Source: Alphaproteobacteria bacterium | Lineage (GTDB): Bacteria > Pseudomonadota > Alphaproteobacteria > UBA9219 | Length of the DNA: 64,000 nt | Reading direction: 5' to 3' | Assembly: GCA_026225415.1 (NCBI GenBank) | Contig: JAMFSS010000009.1 | Span: forward strand, 192,062 to 256,061 | Shown here: positions 9,311 to 19,299 of the stretch, piece after piece | Layout: every line of letters starts with the position of its first letter | How positions within the stretch are numbered: the first letter of the stretch is position 1 | Notes under the pieces: model-generated | Seen by the model: only the letters and a program-made list of their open reading frames with translations | What the model was told of the DNA's origin: nothing | Database searches by the model: none | Position numbers and translations under genes: made by a program

Positions 9311-9544
9311 ATGAATAACGAACAAGTCAAAGGCAATTGGGATCAATTCGCCGGCAAGATAAAACAAAGCTGGGGCAAATTGACAGATGACGATGTCACG
9401 CTTTTGAAAGGCAATGCCCAGGAATTTTTCGGCAAGCTGAAAGAAAAACACGGCATCGAAAAAGAAAAAGCCGAAGAACAGTTGAAGGAATTTAGCAAGA
9501 GCTGTGGCGATTGCTATACCCCCGACAGCCGTAAAGCCGCGTAA
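9311..9544 (+). CDS. csbD: CsbD-family general stress protein
   Basis: MNNEQVKGNWDQFAGKIKQSWGKLTDDD signature; SD AAGGAG. Confidence 0.92.
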   Translation: MNNEQVKGNWDQFAGKIKQSWGKLTDDDVTLLKGNAQEFFGKLKEKHGIEKEKAEEQLKEFSKSCGDCYTPDSRKAA

Positions 9545-9563
9545 CACCGGTAGATAAAAATGG

Positions 9564-9594
9564 GCCCGGCATGGTGATCATGCCGGGCTTTTTT
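9564..9594 (+). terminator. Intrinsic terminator of csbD
   Basis: gcccggcatg/catgccgggc stem followed by T6. Confidence 0.8.
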
Positions 9595-9604
9595 ACATAC
9601 AAGA

Positions 9605-9638
9605 ATGCGCCGGTATATCCAAAAATATACCGGCGCAT
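9605..9638 (-). terminator. 14-bp hairpin downstream of the convergent gene
   Basis: atgcgccggtatat/atataccggcgcat. Confidence 0.55.
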
Positions 9639-9661
9639 CTTACCACTCCATGGTATCGGGG

Positions 9662-10201
9662 TTACTTGGTGTTGGTTTCCTGATCGACGATTGCGCCGTT
9701 AACCGACTTGGTTGTCGATGTGGTGGTGGTCGAATTCATTAAACCCTGCGGGTCTGTGGTTTTTTCAGACTTTTCGGTCGATATGACGTTGCCCTTGCTG
9801 TCGACATTAACGTTGGTGCTGGCTTTTTCCTTCACATTCGTGCCGTCTGTGTTGGTGTGGGTGACGGTTTTGGTTTTCTTAAAACCGCCATTATCCTTGT
9901 CCTTATATTCGCTCGTGCTTTTATCCGTGGATTTATGCAACGCACCTTTCGAAGTGGTACTTTGCTTCTTGATGGTTTTGGTGGTCTTGCCGTCGGAACC
10001 GACTGTCAGATCCACCTTTTTATCATTGGTGGTTTTGCTGCCGTCCGCGCCATTTTGTTCGTCGGTCGTGGTGGTTTCATAACCGCCATTGGCTTTTTGT
10101 TGCACGTTGGTTTGCGAATCCGCGCTGGCATCCGCCGCATGCGCGGTATGGATGAGCGAGAGAGCGGTAACGGCGACCAGAAGAGCGAGAGGTTTTTTCA
10201 T
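9662..10201 (-). CDS. Secreted Thr/Lys-rich protein with two-fold internal repeat
   Basis: Signal peptide ending AHA-A; NGGY.../NGGF... repeated halves. Confidence 0.8.
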   Translation of the reverse strand: MKKPLALLVAVTALSLIHTAHAADASADSQTNVQQKANGGYETTTTDEQNGADGSKTTNDKKVDLTVGSDGKTTKTIKKQSTTSKGALHKSTDKSTSEYKDKDNGGFKKTKTVTHTNTDGTNVKEKASTNVNVDSKGNVISTEKSEKTTDPQGLMNSTTTTSTTKSVNGAIVDQETNTK

Positions 10202-10433
10202 TGGTGTTTCCTTATTATCTGTTGATGCAACCCATACGGGAGGAGTCAATAATCACTACCGCCGCCATGGGTAAAAAATCAAAAGGGACAGCGGGGCAGG
10301 AAATAAGGAACCTGCAAATATCTTTATGCGTCTTGGTTTATCCACAATTTATTTTTCATGCGCCTTGTCGTCTGTTGGCTTTACAGGACTTGGTGCATTC
10401 TAAATCATCGAACACCATCCACAGGAGTCCGCC

Positions 10434-10664
10434 ATGCAACAGTCACCCGCCTTTGATGCGCAGAAAAACTTTAATTTGTCCAACATGCTGTTCACCGAAA
10501 TGCAGAAATATCTGAATGCGTACAGAACCGGCGCGTACAGCGAGAGCAAGCGCGGCCAATTGCGTGCCGCCTATAAGGTTGACAAGAAGCCAAAGCAAAC
10601 CGAAATGATCGGTGAATGTTTCGGTTTTAAATTCAGCCCCGACAGCGCGCATGCCCGCCAATAA
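10434..10664 (+). CDS. Hypothetical protein (76 aa)
   Basis: SD AGGAG before ATG. Confidence 0.55.
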   Translation: MQQSPAFDAQKNFNLSNMLFTEMQKYLNAYRTGAYSESKRGQLRAAYKVDKKPKQTEMIGECFGFKFSPDSAHARQ

Positions 10665-10849
10665 TTTTGGGGGCTGGAGTAGCTAAGCGAACTGTTATTT
10701 ATGCCTATGGGCGCAAGGTAGCGATTTTAATGCTGTAGGAGCAAACGTCGCCCCGGGTCATCCTCGGTTTGCCGTTGGCCACCAAAGCCTGGAGGATATC
10801 AAGCAGGCCGCCAGTGTGGTTATCTGTTTTGAAAGACAAGGAACCCATA

Positions 10850-11326
10850 TTATATCCCGCCTGAAAAGCCTGTGCCTTCGGGCAGAACGGCCAGCGTAAA
10901 CCAGAGCTGTTCGACCTTTTCGACGACGGCGAGCGACTCTTGCAAATCGCTTGGTTTGACGATGTAGCTGTTGGCATGCAGCGCATAGCTGGAAACAACG
11001 TCTTGTTCGGCGCTGGAACTGGAAAGAACCATGACGGGAATAAGTTTAAAGGCTTCGTTTTTCTTAATCTCGCTTAAAACTTCCTTGCCGCTCATTTTAG
11101 GGAGGTTCAAATCGAGAAGAATAATATCCGGCTTCATGGCTTGTGTGTATGGCTCTTCGCGACCGAGGATCGCCAACGCTTCCTCGCCGCTGGTGGCGAT
11201 CATCATTTCATACGGCATTTTGGCCTGACGAAAAGCGCGTTTGATCATCAAAACATCACCCGGATTGTCTTCGACAATCAGGATCAAAGCGGGTCTTTGT
11301 TTTTTTTGCAATGTCTTCATAACCAT
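10850..11326 (-). CDS. Single-domain response regulator (Rcp1-like)
   Basis: ILIVEDN, ILLDLNLP, LSSS, ANSYIVKP, W near the C-terminus. Confidence 0.92.
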   Translation of the reverse strand: MVMKTLQKKQRPALILIVEDNPGDVLMIKRAFRQAKMPYEMMIATSGEEALAILGREEPYTQAMKPDIILLDLNLPKMSGKEVLSEIKKNEAFKLIPVMVLSSSSAEQDVVSSYALHANSYIVKPSDLQESLAVVEKVEQLWFTLAVLPEGTGFSGGI

Positions 11327-11340
11327 AATTTGCCCTAACT

Positions 11341-14142
11341 CTATGCCTGCTTTGCGATCGTGAATTGAAAAATACTGCCCTTGCCGGGGGTAGAGGTGAC
11401 ATGGATTTTGCCGCCATGATTTTCGACAATTTTTTTACAGATCGCCAACCCCAAGCCGGTGCCTTTAATTTCGTCCCAACTATGCAAACGGCGGAACGGT
11501 TCAAAAACTTTGTCGACGAAATCATTTTCGATGCCGATGCCGTTATCCTGAACCGACAAGGCGATCATGTCGCCCTGATCCACAGCCGCCACCGTAACGA
11601 CGGGGATTTGGCCTTCGGGTTGATATTTGATCGCGTTGGCAATCAAATTCTTCATTAGGCGCATAAATTGCACACTGCTGCCTTCGAAGGACGGTATGGG
11701 GCCGACGGTTATTTGGGCCTGTTTCTCGCGGATAAGTTCCGAAATATTATCCAACGCGCGCTTCAATTCCGCCGTGCCGTTCACTTTATTTTTCGTCAGA
11801 TTGCTTTTATCGACGCGGGCGTAATCCAGCAAATCCCTGACCATCGCGCGCATACGCTGGCTCGCCTCGACAATGGAAGTCAGGTAATTTTTTCCTTCAT
11901 CATCCAGACTGGCGGCGTAATCTTGCGACAGAATATCGCTGAGACCCGAGATCATGCGCAAGGGTTCCTGCATATCGTGCGAAGCGACATAGGCAAAGCG
12001 TTCCAGTTCGGTGTTGGAATTCACCAATCTTTGCATCAATTGTTCGCGCTCCGTGATATCGCGGTTGATTTCGAGCGTGCCGATTTGCGCGCCCTTCTTG
12101 TCGCGTTGCACAACCCATCGGCTGGTCACGACTATCTTTTGGCCATTCTTTTTGGTGTGAACCAGCTCGCCTTCCCACTTATCTTTGGCCTGCAATTCGG
12201 CCTTGATATTTTCCAACGTATCGGGAAACGCCGTTTGTAAAATATCATGCGATATATGGCCCACAACATCCACGGCCGGCATGCCGTAAGTCAGTTCGGC
12301 GCCCTTGTTCCAGAAAACGATTTCGTCTTTCTGGTTGCGGACGATAATCGCATCATGCGCAAGATCGAGAAGCGACGCCTGGTTTTGCAGCTCTTCCTTC
12401 AGCTGTTTGCTTTCCGTGATATTTTCTATTTGCGAGATAAAATATTTGGGGTTGCCATCGCCATCGCGCACCAATGACACATTCAAAAGAGCCCAGATAA
12501 TGTGGCCGTCCTTGTGGAAATATCTTTTCTCCATCTGATAGGTGCTCAGGGTTCCTGCCAGCATTTGTTCAACGAAGTTCAGGTCTTTTTGCAAATCTTC
12601 CGGATGGGTGATGGATTGAAAATTCGTCGCAATCATTTCTTTTTCGCTGTACCCCAACATCGCGCAAATGGCTTGATTGATTTCCAGCCACTTGCCTTCG
12701 GTCGAAACCAAAGCCATGCCGATAGGCGCATAATGCATGGAAAGGCGGAATGTTTCTTCGCTCTGCCGCAACCGGTCATGGGCTGTGGCATCATTCAAAG
12801 CCGCCATCAGGACGCCGGCGATAAAGGTCAGGGTTGTGATATGGTGGTCATAAAAGGCGTTCACTTCCGATGACATGATTTTAAGGACGCCGACAACGAT
12901 GCCCTGCTGCCGCAACGGCACGACAATCATCGAGGCTACATTGATCTTGCGGCAGGCATCCTTGTTCACGCGCGGATCAAATTCCGTATTGTCGCATTTA
13001 AACGCTTTGTCTTCGACCAAACATAAACCCGACAGGCTGTTGGCGATGGGCATGCGAAAACCGACATTGCCCGCCAGATTGCCGCCGCAGGCGCGATAAA
13101 CCATGTCGTCGCCTTCGATTATTGCGATCGCGCTGCCCGTGGCACCCGCAATGGCACCCATGTGATCGACGATCACATTCATGACATGTTGTTGATTATG
13201 ATGCGATTGGGCGATCTCGCTTTGGATCCTGACGACATCCATCAGGCGCTCATGATCCCTGCGCATAACACTCAGGGCTTTTTTCTCAAGCTTGTGCGCG
13301 TATTTCCACCGGAAAGCCAGATATGTGCAAAGCCCCATGATAAAGGCGATGATCAATCCGCTGATAAAAACTGTTTGCCACAAATTATTCGCGTGCATAA
13401 CGGCGAAACTTTTTGTAGCCGCAACATCAATCGTCCATGTTTGGTTGGCGATGCGCAGGGGCATGGTGACGAGCGTGTCCGTGTCCACTTTCTGATTTTC
13501 TTCCTGCTCGGTGAAAAAAGGCACGCCGTCGGATTTAAGAACGATGCTCCAGCGGTAATTAGCTTCAAGATCGAGGAAGTCTTTGAAAAAATCGTTGATA
13601 TTAAGGGCGGCGACCATATAGCCGTTAAAAACGCCGTCAACATAAACGGGGGTATAAGCCAGCAACCCCTTATAGCCTTGGGAAAGTTGCAGCGGGGGGC
13701 TTAGGGTTAGGGTGTTCCTGGCCTCTGCGTCTTTCAGCATATCCTGACGTTCGGGCGTGGCGCGAATATCCATACCGATGACAGACTGATTGGGGTCGCG
13801 CGGTTCGACCCACTGCACATGATAGGTTGAGTCCACCCATTCGATAGCGCCGAGGCCTTTTTGCGCGCCGACATGATTGGCGGCATCTTGCTGCCACAAC
13901 GCATAGGGCGTGCCGCGTTCGGCCTCCCACCGCTCAGACATATATTTAAGGGCGCCAAGCTCGCCTTTGACGGCGCGATTGATCAGGTCGCTGACTTTCG
14001 TGGATTTTTCGGCGACGGCGGCTTTGAGAGATTTGGCTTCGTCGCATTTTATTTTATACGCCAGCGCATCGGCTCCGACAGTGACACAGGTAAAAACCAC
14101 CGCGGCAAGAAAAAACTGTTTGCGCTTATCGGCAAAGGGCAT
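11341..14142 (-). CDS. Membrane histidine kinase CHASE-GAF-PAS-PAS-HisKA-HATPase
   Basis: Two TMs around a periplasmic region, GAF, two PAS (ITHPED, FWNKGAE), FAYVASHDMQEPLR, GTGLGLAICKKIV; start could be 14157. Confidence 0.92.
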   Translation of the reverse strand: MPFADKRKQFFLAAVVFTCVTVGADALAYKIKCDEAKSLKAAVAEKSTKVSDLINRAVKGELGALKYMSERWEAERGTPYALWQQDAANHVGAQKGLGAIEWVDSTYHVQWVEPRDPNQSVIGMDIRATPERQDMLKDAEARNTLTLSPPLQLSQGYKGLLAYTPVYVDGVFNGYMVAALNINDFFKDFLDLEANYRWSIVLKSDGVPFFTEQEENQKVDTDTLVTMPLRIANQTWTIDVAATKSFAVMHANNLWQTVFISGLIIAFIMGLCTYLAFRWKYAHKLEKKALSVMRRDHERLMDVVRIQSEIAQSHHNQQHVMNVIVDHMGAIAGATGSAIAIIEGDDMVYRACGGNLAGNVGFRMPIANSLSGLCLVEDKAFKCDNTEFDPRVNKDACRKINVASMIVVPLRQQGIVVGVLKIMSSEVNAFYDHHITTLTFIAGVLMAALNDATAHDRLRQSEETFRLSMHYAPIGMALVSTEGKWLEINQAICAMLGYSEKEMIATNFQSITHPEDLQKDLNFVEQMLAGTLSTYQMEKRYFHKDGHIIWALLNVSLVRDGDGNPKYFISQIENITESKQLKEELQNQASLLDLAHDAIIVRNQKDEIVFWNKGAELTYGMPAVDVVGHISHDILQTAFPDTLENIKAELQAKDKWEGELVHTKKNGQKIVVTSRWVVQRDKKGAQIGTLEINRDITEREQLMQRLVNSNTELERFAYVASHDMQEPLRMISGLSDILSQDYAASLDDEGKNYLTSIVEASQRMRAMVRDLLDYARVDKSNLTKNKVNGTAELKRALDNISELIREKQAQITVGPIPSFEGSSVQFMRLMKNLIANAIKYQPEGQIPVVTVAAVDQGDMIALSVQDNGIGIENDFVDKVFEPFRRLHSWDEIKGTGLGLAICKKIVENHGGKIHVTSTPGKGSIFQFTIAKQA

Positions 14143-14746
14143 TTTCAATCGCTCCATAGAATTGTTCTTTGGAAAGCTGGTTTTTATCGAGATAAGCGCA
14201 AACACCCTGAGCCAAAGCTTTCTTTTCAATCGCCTCGCTGGGCAAGCCGGTCACAAAAATGATGGGAGGCATGGCTTCTTTGTCCTGCTTCATTTCCGCA
14301 AGCACCTGAAAACCGTCGATGCCATACATCATGAAATCGAGAATGACACAGGCCGGTTTATGGTCGGCGAAGGCTTCGAATCCGGTTTTGCCATTCGAGG
14401 CTTCGAAAATTTCAAATTTTCGATTGGGCATTTGATCGAGCCACCTTTTGTACGTCAGCCGGTCATGGCGGCTGTCATCCACAATCAAAATCGGGATGGC
14501 CTTGAACATATTTGACTTGGGCGTCAGGCAGATGCCCTGTCTTCCCTGTGTCTCGGTAAAAAATTCGATGCCTTCGGCTTCAAGCGCCGATTGGATAGCG
14601 CGCAAGGTGCTAAGCTTGGGGTCGCGATGCGCCTGACGTTCGATATTGTTCAATGTCGCAATTGATATGCCGGCCTTTTGAGCCAGCTCTTTCTGACCCA
14701 ACCCTATCATGGCGCGCGCGGCGCGGATTTGTTCAACCGATATCAT
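14126..14746 (-). CDS. XRE-HTH + C-terminal receiver protein
   Basis: QIRAARAMIG..QKELA..AGIS.ATL..IE, then ILIVDDS, ILDFMM, FVTG, YLDK. Confidence 0.9.
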   Translation of the reverse strand: MISVEQIRAARAMIGLGQKELAQKAGISIATLNNIERQAHRDPKLSTLRAIQSALEAEGIEFFTETQGRQGICLTPKSNMFKAIPILIVDDSRHDRLTYKRWLDQMPNRKFEIFEASNGKTGFEAFADHKPACVILDFMMYGIDGFQVLAEMKQDKEAMPPIIFVTGLPSEAIEKKALAQGVCAYLDKNQLSKEQFYGAIENALCR

Positions 14747-14997
14747 GATCTAGCTTTCACACATAAATCTGTTACAAAACTAGGTTTTTATTATCACAGG
14801 GAAAAGTTAAGGGCTAACTAAAAATAAGGCCTTTGGCGGATCAATTTAGCGATATTCAGGAGTTTAAAACCTGATTCTAGGTCTTTGTCCCTAATGCGCA
14901 GCCTTGTTTCACAAAGGGGCGGGCGGTTTATGCCAGTTGGACAACAAAATAGTGTCCCATAGCAGCAATAAAAAAATATACACAAGGACACGCACCA

Positions 14998-15045
14998 ATT
15001 TCAGCGACACCGACTTATGCTTTTCATAAATGGCGTCGCTGAAAT
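14998..15045 (-). terminator. Hairpin downstream of HU-like gene
   Basis: atttcagcgac/gtcgctgaaat with inner ttatg/cataa. Confidence 0.55.
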
Positions 15046-15061
15046 CAAGCGCGGCTTAAAA

Positions 15062-15421
15062 TTAGGCTATTGCTGCCTTCTTCAGTTTCGACAGCGCGCG
15101 AATTTTAACGCGAACACTGGCGGGCTTAGCAGCAGCCTTCATCAACTCACCAGTTGCAGGGTTACGAACCAGCGTACCAGCCTTACGCGCCGCAACCTTG
15201 CGAAGCGTAACCTTTAACAGACCGGGCAAGGTAAATTCGCCAACACCGCGCGGATGCACCGAACCGAGGATCACAGATTCCAGCGTATTGAAAACACCCA
15301 CAGCAGTCTTCCGGGGAATTTCATTCTGTTCAGCGATCAGATTGATAAGCGCCGATTTGGTAATTGTTTCCTTGACCGCACGAACGGTCGCAACAGGCTT
15401 GCTGATTTTCTTTTTAGCCAT
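15062..15421 (-). CDS. HU-family DNA-binding protein
   Basis: TKSALI, FTLPGLLK, ARKAG..VRNPATGE, ALSKLKKA. Confidence 0.9.
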   Translation of the reverse strand: MAKKKISKPVATVRAVKETITKSALINLIAEQNEIPRKTAVGVFNTLESVILGSVHPRGVGEFTLPGLLKVTLRKVAARKAGTLVRNPATGELMKAAAKPASVRVKIRALSKLKKAAIA

Positions 15422-15916
15422 GACTTCTCCAATAGATTGTTGACGCTCCTAAGGTACGATGATTCGCGGAGGCCTATTGTTGTTAAACGTCCCCAGCCCA
15501 ATGCACAAGTAACGACTTTTTGCGGCCAAAACACAGGCGGCCACAAAGCCAGGATTAGACATTCCCCTGATGATTGAATAATAGGATAGGGTTTCAATAG
15601 CAGGATCGAAAAATAGCCCCTCAAGAAACATATTACGGCGGAAATGCATCGCAGCATGAAAGAGCAGATCAATGAAGCGATAGGTTAGGACACACTGACG
15701 TGAAAAGCTCAATCCGTTACCAAACCTGCCTTCAACGACTATTTTCAAGCTCACTCGCACAATAAAGAAGGCTAGCACTCAATCTACAAATTAGACGTTC
15801 AGTCTTTCCCCCATTTTTCCCCCACTTTTGAGAAGTGTTCTTTCATCGTTCTGCACATATCCATAGAATGTTAAAAACAGCACATTAATAAAAGCGCTAT
15901 ATTTTATTAGGAGAAA

Positions 15917-15991
15917 TGGTGCTGCCGATAGGAATTGAACCTACGACCCCGTCATTACCAATGACGTGCTCTACCCCTGAGCTACGGCAGC
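15917..15991 (-). tRNA. tRNA-Thr(GGT)
   Basis: GCTGCCGTAGCTCAG...TTGGTAA...GTTCAATTC...GGCAGCACCA cloverleaf with encoded CCA. Confidence 0.97.
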
Positions 15992-16121
15992 AATTGGGTG
16001 GGCGGCAGGGTAAACCCCGCAGCGAGGCCGCTTTGTGCCACAACCCTACGGCTTGCGCAAGAAGCTGTGTTTTCTTTCGCAAAATTTGCTAGATTCGGCC
16101 GTTCCGAATCCAGAGGCCGCC

Positions 16122-17660
16122 ATGACCACACCTCCAAAACCCGTTATTTTGTGCATTCTCGATGGCTGGGGCTGGCGCGAAGACGCGCCCGACAACGCCA
16201 TTGCCCGCGCCAATGCGCCCGTTTTCCGCAGCGCCTGGGCGCAAAACCCCCATGCCTTGCTGGATGCATCCGAAGAACATGTCGGCCTGCCCGCGGGGCA
16301 AATCGGCAATTCCGAAGTCGGCCACATGAATTTGGGCGCCGGTCGGGTCATTTTTCAAGACCTTCCTTTGATCGACAATACAATTGCCAAAGGCGAACTG
16401 GCCGCCATCCCTGCCCTGAAAAACCTGATCGCCGCCCTTAAAAACAGCGGCGGCACCTGTCATCTGTTGGGGCTCGCGTCCCCCGGCGGCGTGCATGCGC
16501 ATCAAGACCATATGGTCGAGCTGGCGCGCATCGTCACGGCATCCGGCGTGCCGGTTGCCATCCACGCGTTTTTGGATGGGCGCGATGTGCCGCCGCAAAG
16601 CGCCGTGGCGCAGATTGATAAAATGGCGCGCGATTTATCGACCATACCCGGCGCGTCTATCGCCACCCTGTGCGGACGTTATTACGCAATGGACCGCGAT
16701 AAAAGATGGGAACGCGTTTCGCAGGCTTATGATTTGGTCACACAGGGCATCGGCGCGAAGGCCGAGAACGCCGACGAAGCCATCCAAAAATCCTATGCCG
16801 ATAATGTGCATGATGAATTTGTTTTGCCTGCAGCCATCAACGGCTATGCGGGCATGAATGACGGTGACGGAATCCTGTTCGCCAATTTCCGCGCCGACCG
16901 CGCGCGCGAAATCCTCACCGCTTTGCTCGACCCGAATTTCGACGGGTTCGAACGCAAGAAAATTGTGAAATTCGTCGCGGCAACCGGCATGGTCGAATAT
17001 TCCACCGCATTGAATATCTATATGTCCGCGCTGTTCCCGCCGAAAAAAATCGATCAAAGTCTGGGCGAAATTGTCGCCAATGCCGGCTTGAAGCAATTAC
17101 GTATCGCGGAAACAGAAAAATATCCGCATGTGACTTTCTTCTTTAATGGCGGGCGCGAAGAACCATTTCCGGGCGAAACCCGCATTATGGTGCCGTCGCC
17201 CAAAGTCGCGACTTATGATCTGCAACCGGAAATGTCGGCCTATGCCCTGACCGACAAAGTTGTGGAAGCGGTCGAAAGCGACAAGTTCGACCTGATCGTT
17301 TTAAATTACGCCAACCCCGATATGGTCGGCCATACCGGCATGCTGGATGCCGCCATCAAAGCGGTGGAGGCGATTGATGTTTGTCTGGGGCGGTTGTTCG
17401 CGGCGGTGGAAAAACGTGGCGGCGTAGTTTTGTTAACCGCCGATCACGGCAATTGCGAAAAAATGTATGATGACACCACCAACGGCCCACACACCGCGCA
17501 TACACTCGACCGCGTGCCGGTGATGATTGTCGGCGCGGGCGACAGGGTCAAAAAACTGCGCGATGGTAAATTGGCCGATGTCGCGCCGACCTTGTTGCAA
17601 ATCATGCAAATGCCCAAACCCGAAGTGATGGACGGGCAAAGCCTGATTGTTGGCGTATGA
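16122..17660 (+). CDS. gpmI: 2,3-BPG-independent phosphoglycerate mutase
   Basis: ILDGWG, GNSEVGH, GRYYAMDRDKRW, AETEKYPHVT, TADHGN. Confidence 0.97.
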   Translation: MTTPPKPVILCILDGWGWREDAPDNAIARANAPVFRSAWAQNPHALLDASEEHVGLPAGQIGNSEVGHMNLGAGRVIFQDLPLIDNTIAKGELAAIPALKNLIAALKNSGGTCHLLGLASPGGVHAHQDHMVELARIVTASGVPVAIHAFLDGRDVPPQSAVAQIDKMARDLSTIPGASIATLCGRYYAMDRDKRWERVSQAYDLVTQGIGAKAENADEAIQKSYADNVHDEFVLPAAINGYAGMNDGDGILFANFRADRAREILTALLDPNFDGFERKKIVKFVAATGMVEYSTALNIYMSALFPPKKIDQSLGEIVANAGLKQLRIAETEKYPHVTFFFNGGREEPFPGETRIMVPSPKVATYDLQPEMSAYALTDKVVEAVESDKFDLIVLNYANPDMVGHTGMLDAAIKAVEAIDVCLGRLFAAVEKRGGVVLLTADHGNCEKMYDDTTNGPHTAHTLDRVPVMIVGAGDRVKKLRDGKLADVAPTLLQIMQMPKPEVMDGQSLIVGV

Positions 17661-18763
17661 AATTCCGCGTCACTCTGGGCTGTGTGATGCTTGCATGCGC
17701 CGCCGCGCATGCGGAAAATGCGAAACAGGATGACAGGCTGCATCAGGTCGAACAGCAGCTGGCCGAAAAAAAACATCAGCAAGAGATTCTGGATCAGCAA
17801 GCGCGTGATGCCGCCAAAAATCTGGATGATCTGCGCGGGCATCTGATCCAATCGACACAGGCATTGCAGGACAAGGAAAACGAGCAAGAAAATCTGGAAG
17901 ACAAACTGGATGACCTGACCCAGCAAATCGCCGAGAAAAGCAAAAACGCCGAAGCCGAGCGCAAACAACTGGCGGCAATGGTGGCGGCCTTGGTGGAAAT
18001 TGCCGGACGCCCGCCCGAAAGCCTGTTTCTGCAAAACCATGTGACCGAAGACCATATCCATCGCAGCCTGTTGCTCAAAGCCATTCTGCCGCGTTTGCGC
18101 GAAGAGGCGGAAAGCGCGGCGCGCGATCTGGCTGCCCTCTATGACCTGCAATCACAAATGGCGACGCAAAAACGTTTGGTCGAAGCGTCGCAAAAGAATT
18201 TGCAAAAGCAACAGCAAGACATGGATCAGATGATCGCGACGCGTCAGGGTTTCCTGCAACGCACCGAACAACAAAAAGCCGATGTGGCGCAACATCTGGC
18301 GGCGTTGGCGGCACAGGCGCATGATTTGCGGCAACTGATGGAAAAAGTCGCACCGCGCCAATCATCCGCAAAAAACATCCCGCACAGCACCGGCAATCTG
18401 AAATGGCCCGTGTCCGGCGCCCTGCGCCACCATTTCGGCGACAAGGATGCCGACGGGGTTATCAGCCAGGGCTTAACCTTTACCGCCCCATCGGGTGCCC
18501 CCATTGTCGCGCCGCAAGCCGGACGCGTGGTTTTCGCGGGCACATTTCGCGGCTACGGCGAGATTATGATTTTGCAACACGGTAATGGCTATCACAGCTT
18601 TCTGGCAGGGTTTGGCCGCATCGATGCCGAAGTGGGGCAAGATGTCGCCGCGGGCGAACCGTTGGGCGTTTTACCGGTTAAATCTGGCGGCAAGCCGGAA
18701 TTGTATTTCGAATGGCGGCAAGGGGATGAGCCGGTTAATCCGCCCTTGCAGGACAAATCGTAA
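17657..18763 (+). CDS. envC: Murein hydrolase activator EnvC-like (coiled coil + degenerate M23)
   Basis: Signal peptide, long coiled coil, WPVSG..F, GRVVFAG.FRGYG, LYFEWR; follows gpmI. Confidence 0.85.
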   Translation: MKFRVTLGCVMLACAAAHAENAKQDDRLHQVEQQLAEKKHQQEILDQQARDAAKNLDDLRGHLIQSTQALQDKENEQENLEDKLDDLTQQIAEKSKNAEAERKQLAAMVAALVEIAGRPPESLFLQNHVTEDHIHRSLLLKAILPRLREEAESAARDLAALYDLQSQMATQKRLVEASQKNLQKQQQDMDQMIATRQGFLQRTEQQKADVAQHLAALAAQAHDLRQLMEKVAPRQSSAKNIPHSTGNLKWPVSGALRHHFGDKDADGVISQGLTFTAPSGAPIVAPQAGRVVFAGTFRGYGEIMILQHGNGYHSFLAGFGRIDAEVGQDVAAGEPLGVLPVKSGGKPELYFEWRQGDEPVNPPLQDKS

Positions 18764-18840
18764 ATTTACCGCATGAAACTATTGAAATTAATCATGTTGG
18801 TTTGGTAAGAAGCAAAACCTTATTAAAAGAAAGAGAGATT

Positions 18841-18975
18841 ATGAAAAACCCTTTTATCAGCCTTATACGGGCATTTCGCGAAGCCAAACGCCGGATGTTT
18901 GATGTTTACGCCCCTGAACGCGCCAAAACTACCGCGCTGAACAAGCGTCCTTTGCCAGGCAGACCCCGATTCTAA
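18841..18975 (+). CDS. Small basic hypothetical protein (44 aa)
   Basis: ATG after purine-rich AAAGAGAG; MKNPFISLIRAFREAKRRMFDVYAPER... Confidence 0.4.
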   Translation: MKNPFISLIRAFREAKRRMFDVYAPERAKTTALNKRPLPGRPRF

Positions 18976-18993
18976 CCCCCGGCAAGAGAGTGT

Positions 18994-19022
18994 TTGACTC
19001 GTCCGGGTCGAATCCCTATAAG
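18994..19022 (+). promoter_or_regulatory. sigma70 promoter of rpmH
   Basis: TTGACT-N17-TATAAG. Confidence 0.7.
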
Positions 19023-19052
19023 GACGGCTCTATTTAGTTAAGGATCAAGACA

Positions 19053-19187
19053 ATGAAACGTACATATCAACCAAGCAAACTGGTGCGCAAGCGCCGCCAC
19101 GGATTCCGCGCCCGTATGGCCACGATGAATGGCCGCAAGGTTTTGGCCCGCCGTCGTGCGCATGGCCGCGCCAAACTGTCGGCTTAA
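19053..19187 (+). CDS. rpmH: 50S ribosomal protein L34
   Basis: [22 protein letters not shown]...; missed by the ORF track (44 aa). Confidence 0.98.
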   Translation: MKRTYQPSKLVRKRRHGFRARMATMNGRKVLARRRAHGRAKLSA

Positions 19188-19193
19188 AATTAA

Positions 19194-19281
19194 AGACTCC
19201 CTCTCCCCCTGTGGGAGAGGAAGCAAAATCTTAGGCTTGCCCCCTCTTGGCAAGTCTTAGATTTTGCAGGTGAGGGGGTCT
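19194..19281 (+). repeat. REP/MITE-like nested palindromic element, copy 1
   Basis: agactccctctccc..gggagaggaagcaaaa..(hairpin)..ttttgcaggtgagggggt; also at 40745 and 48773. Confidence 0.85.
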
Positions 19282-19299
19282 CTTGAGGCAGACCTCTCA

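Noticed and set aside
15449..15778. Overlapping ORFs in the AT-rich gap near tRNA-Thr
   Set aside because: No clear SD, motif or consistent frame
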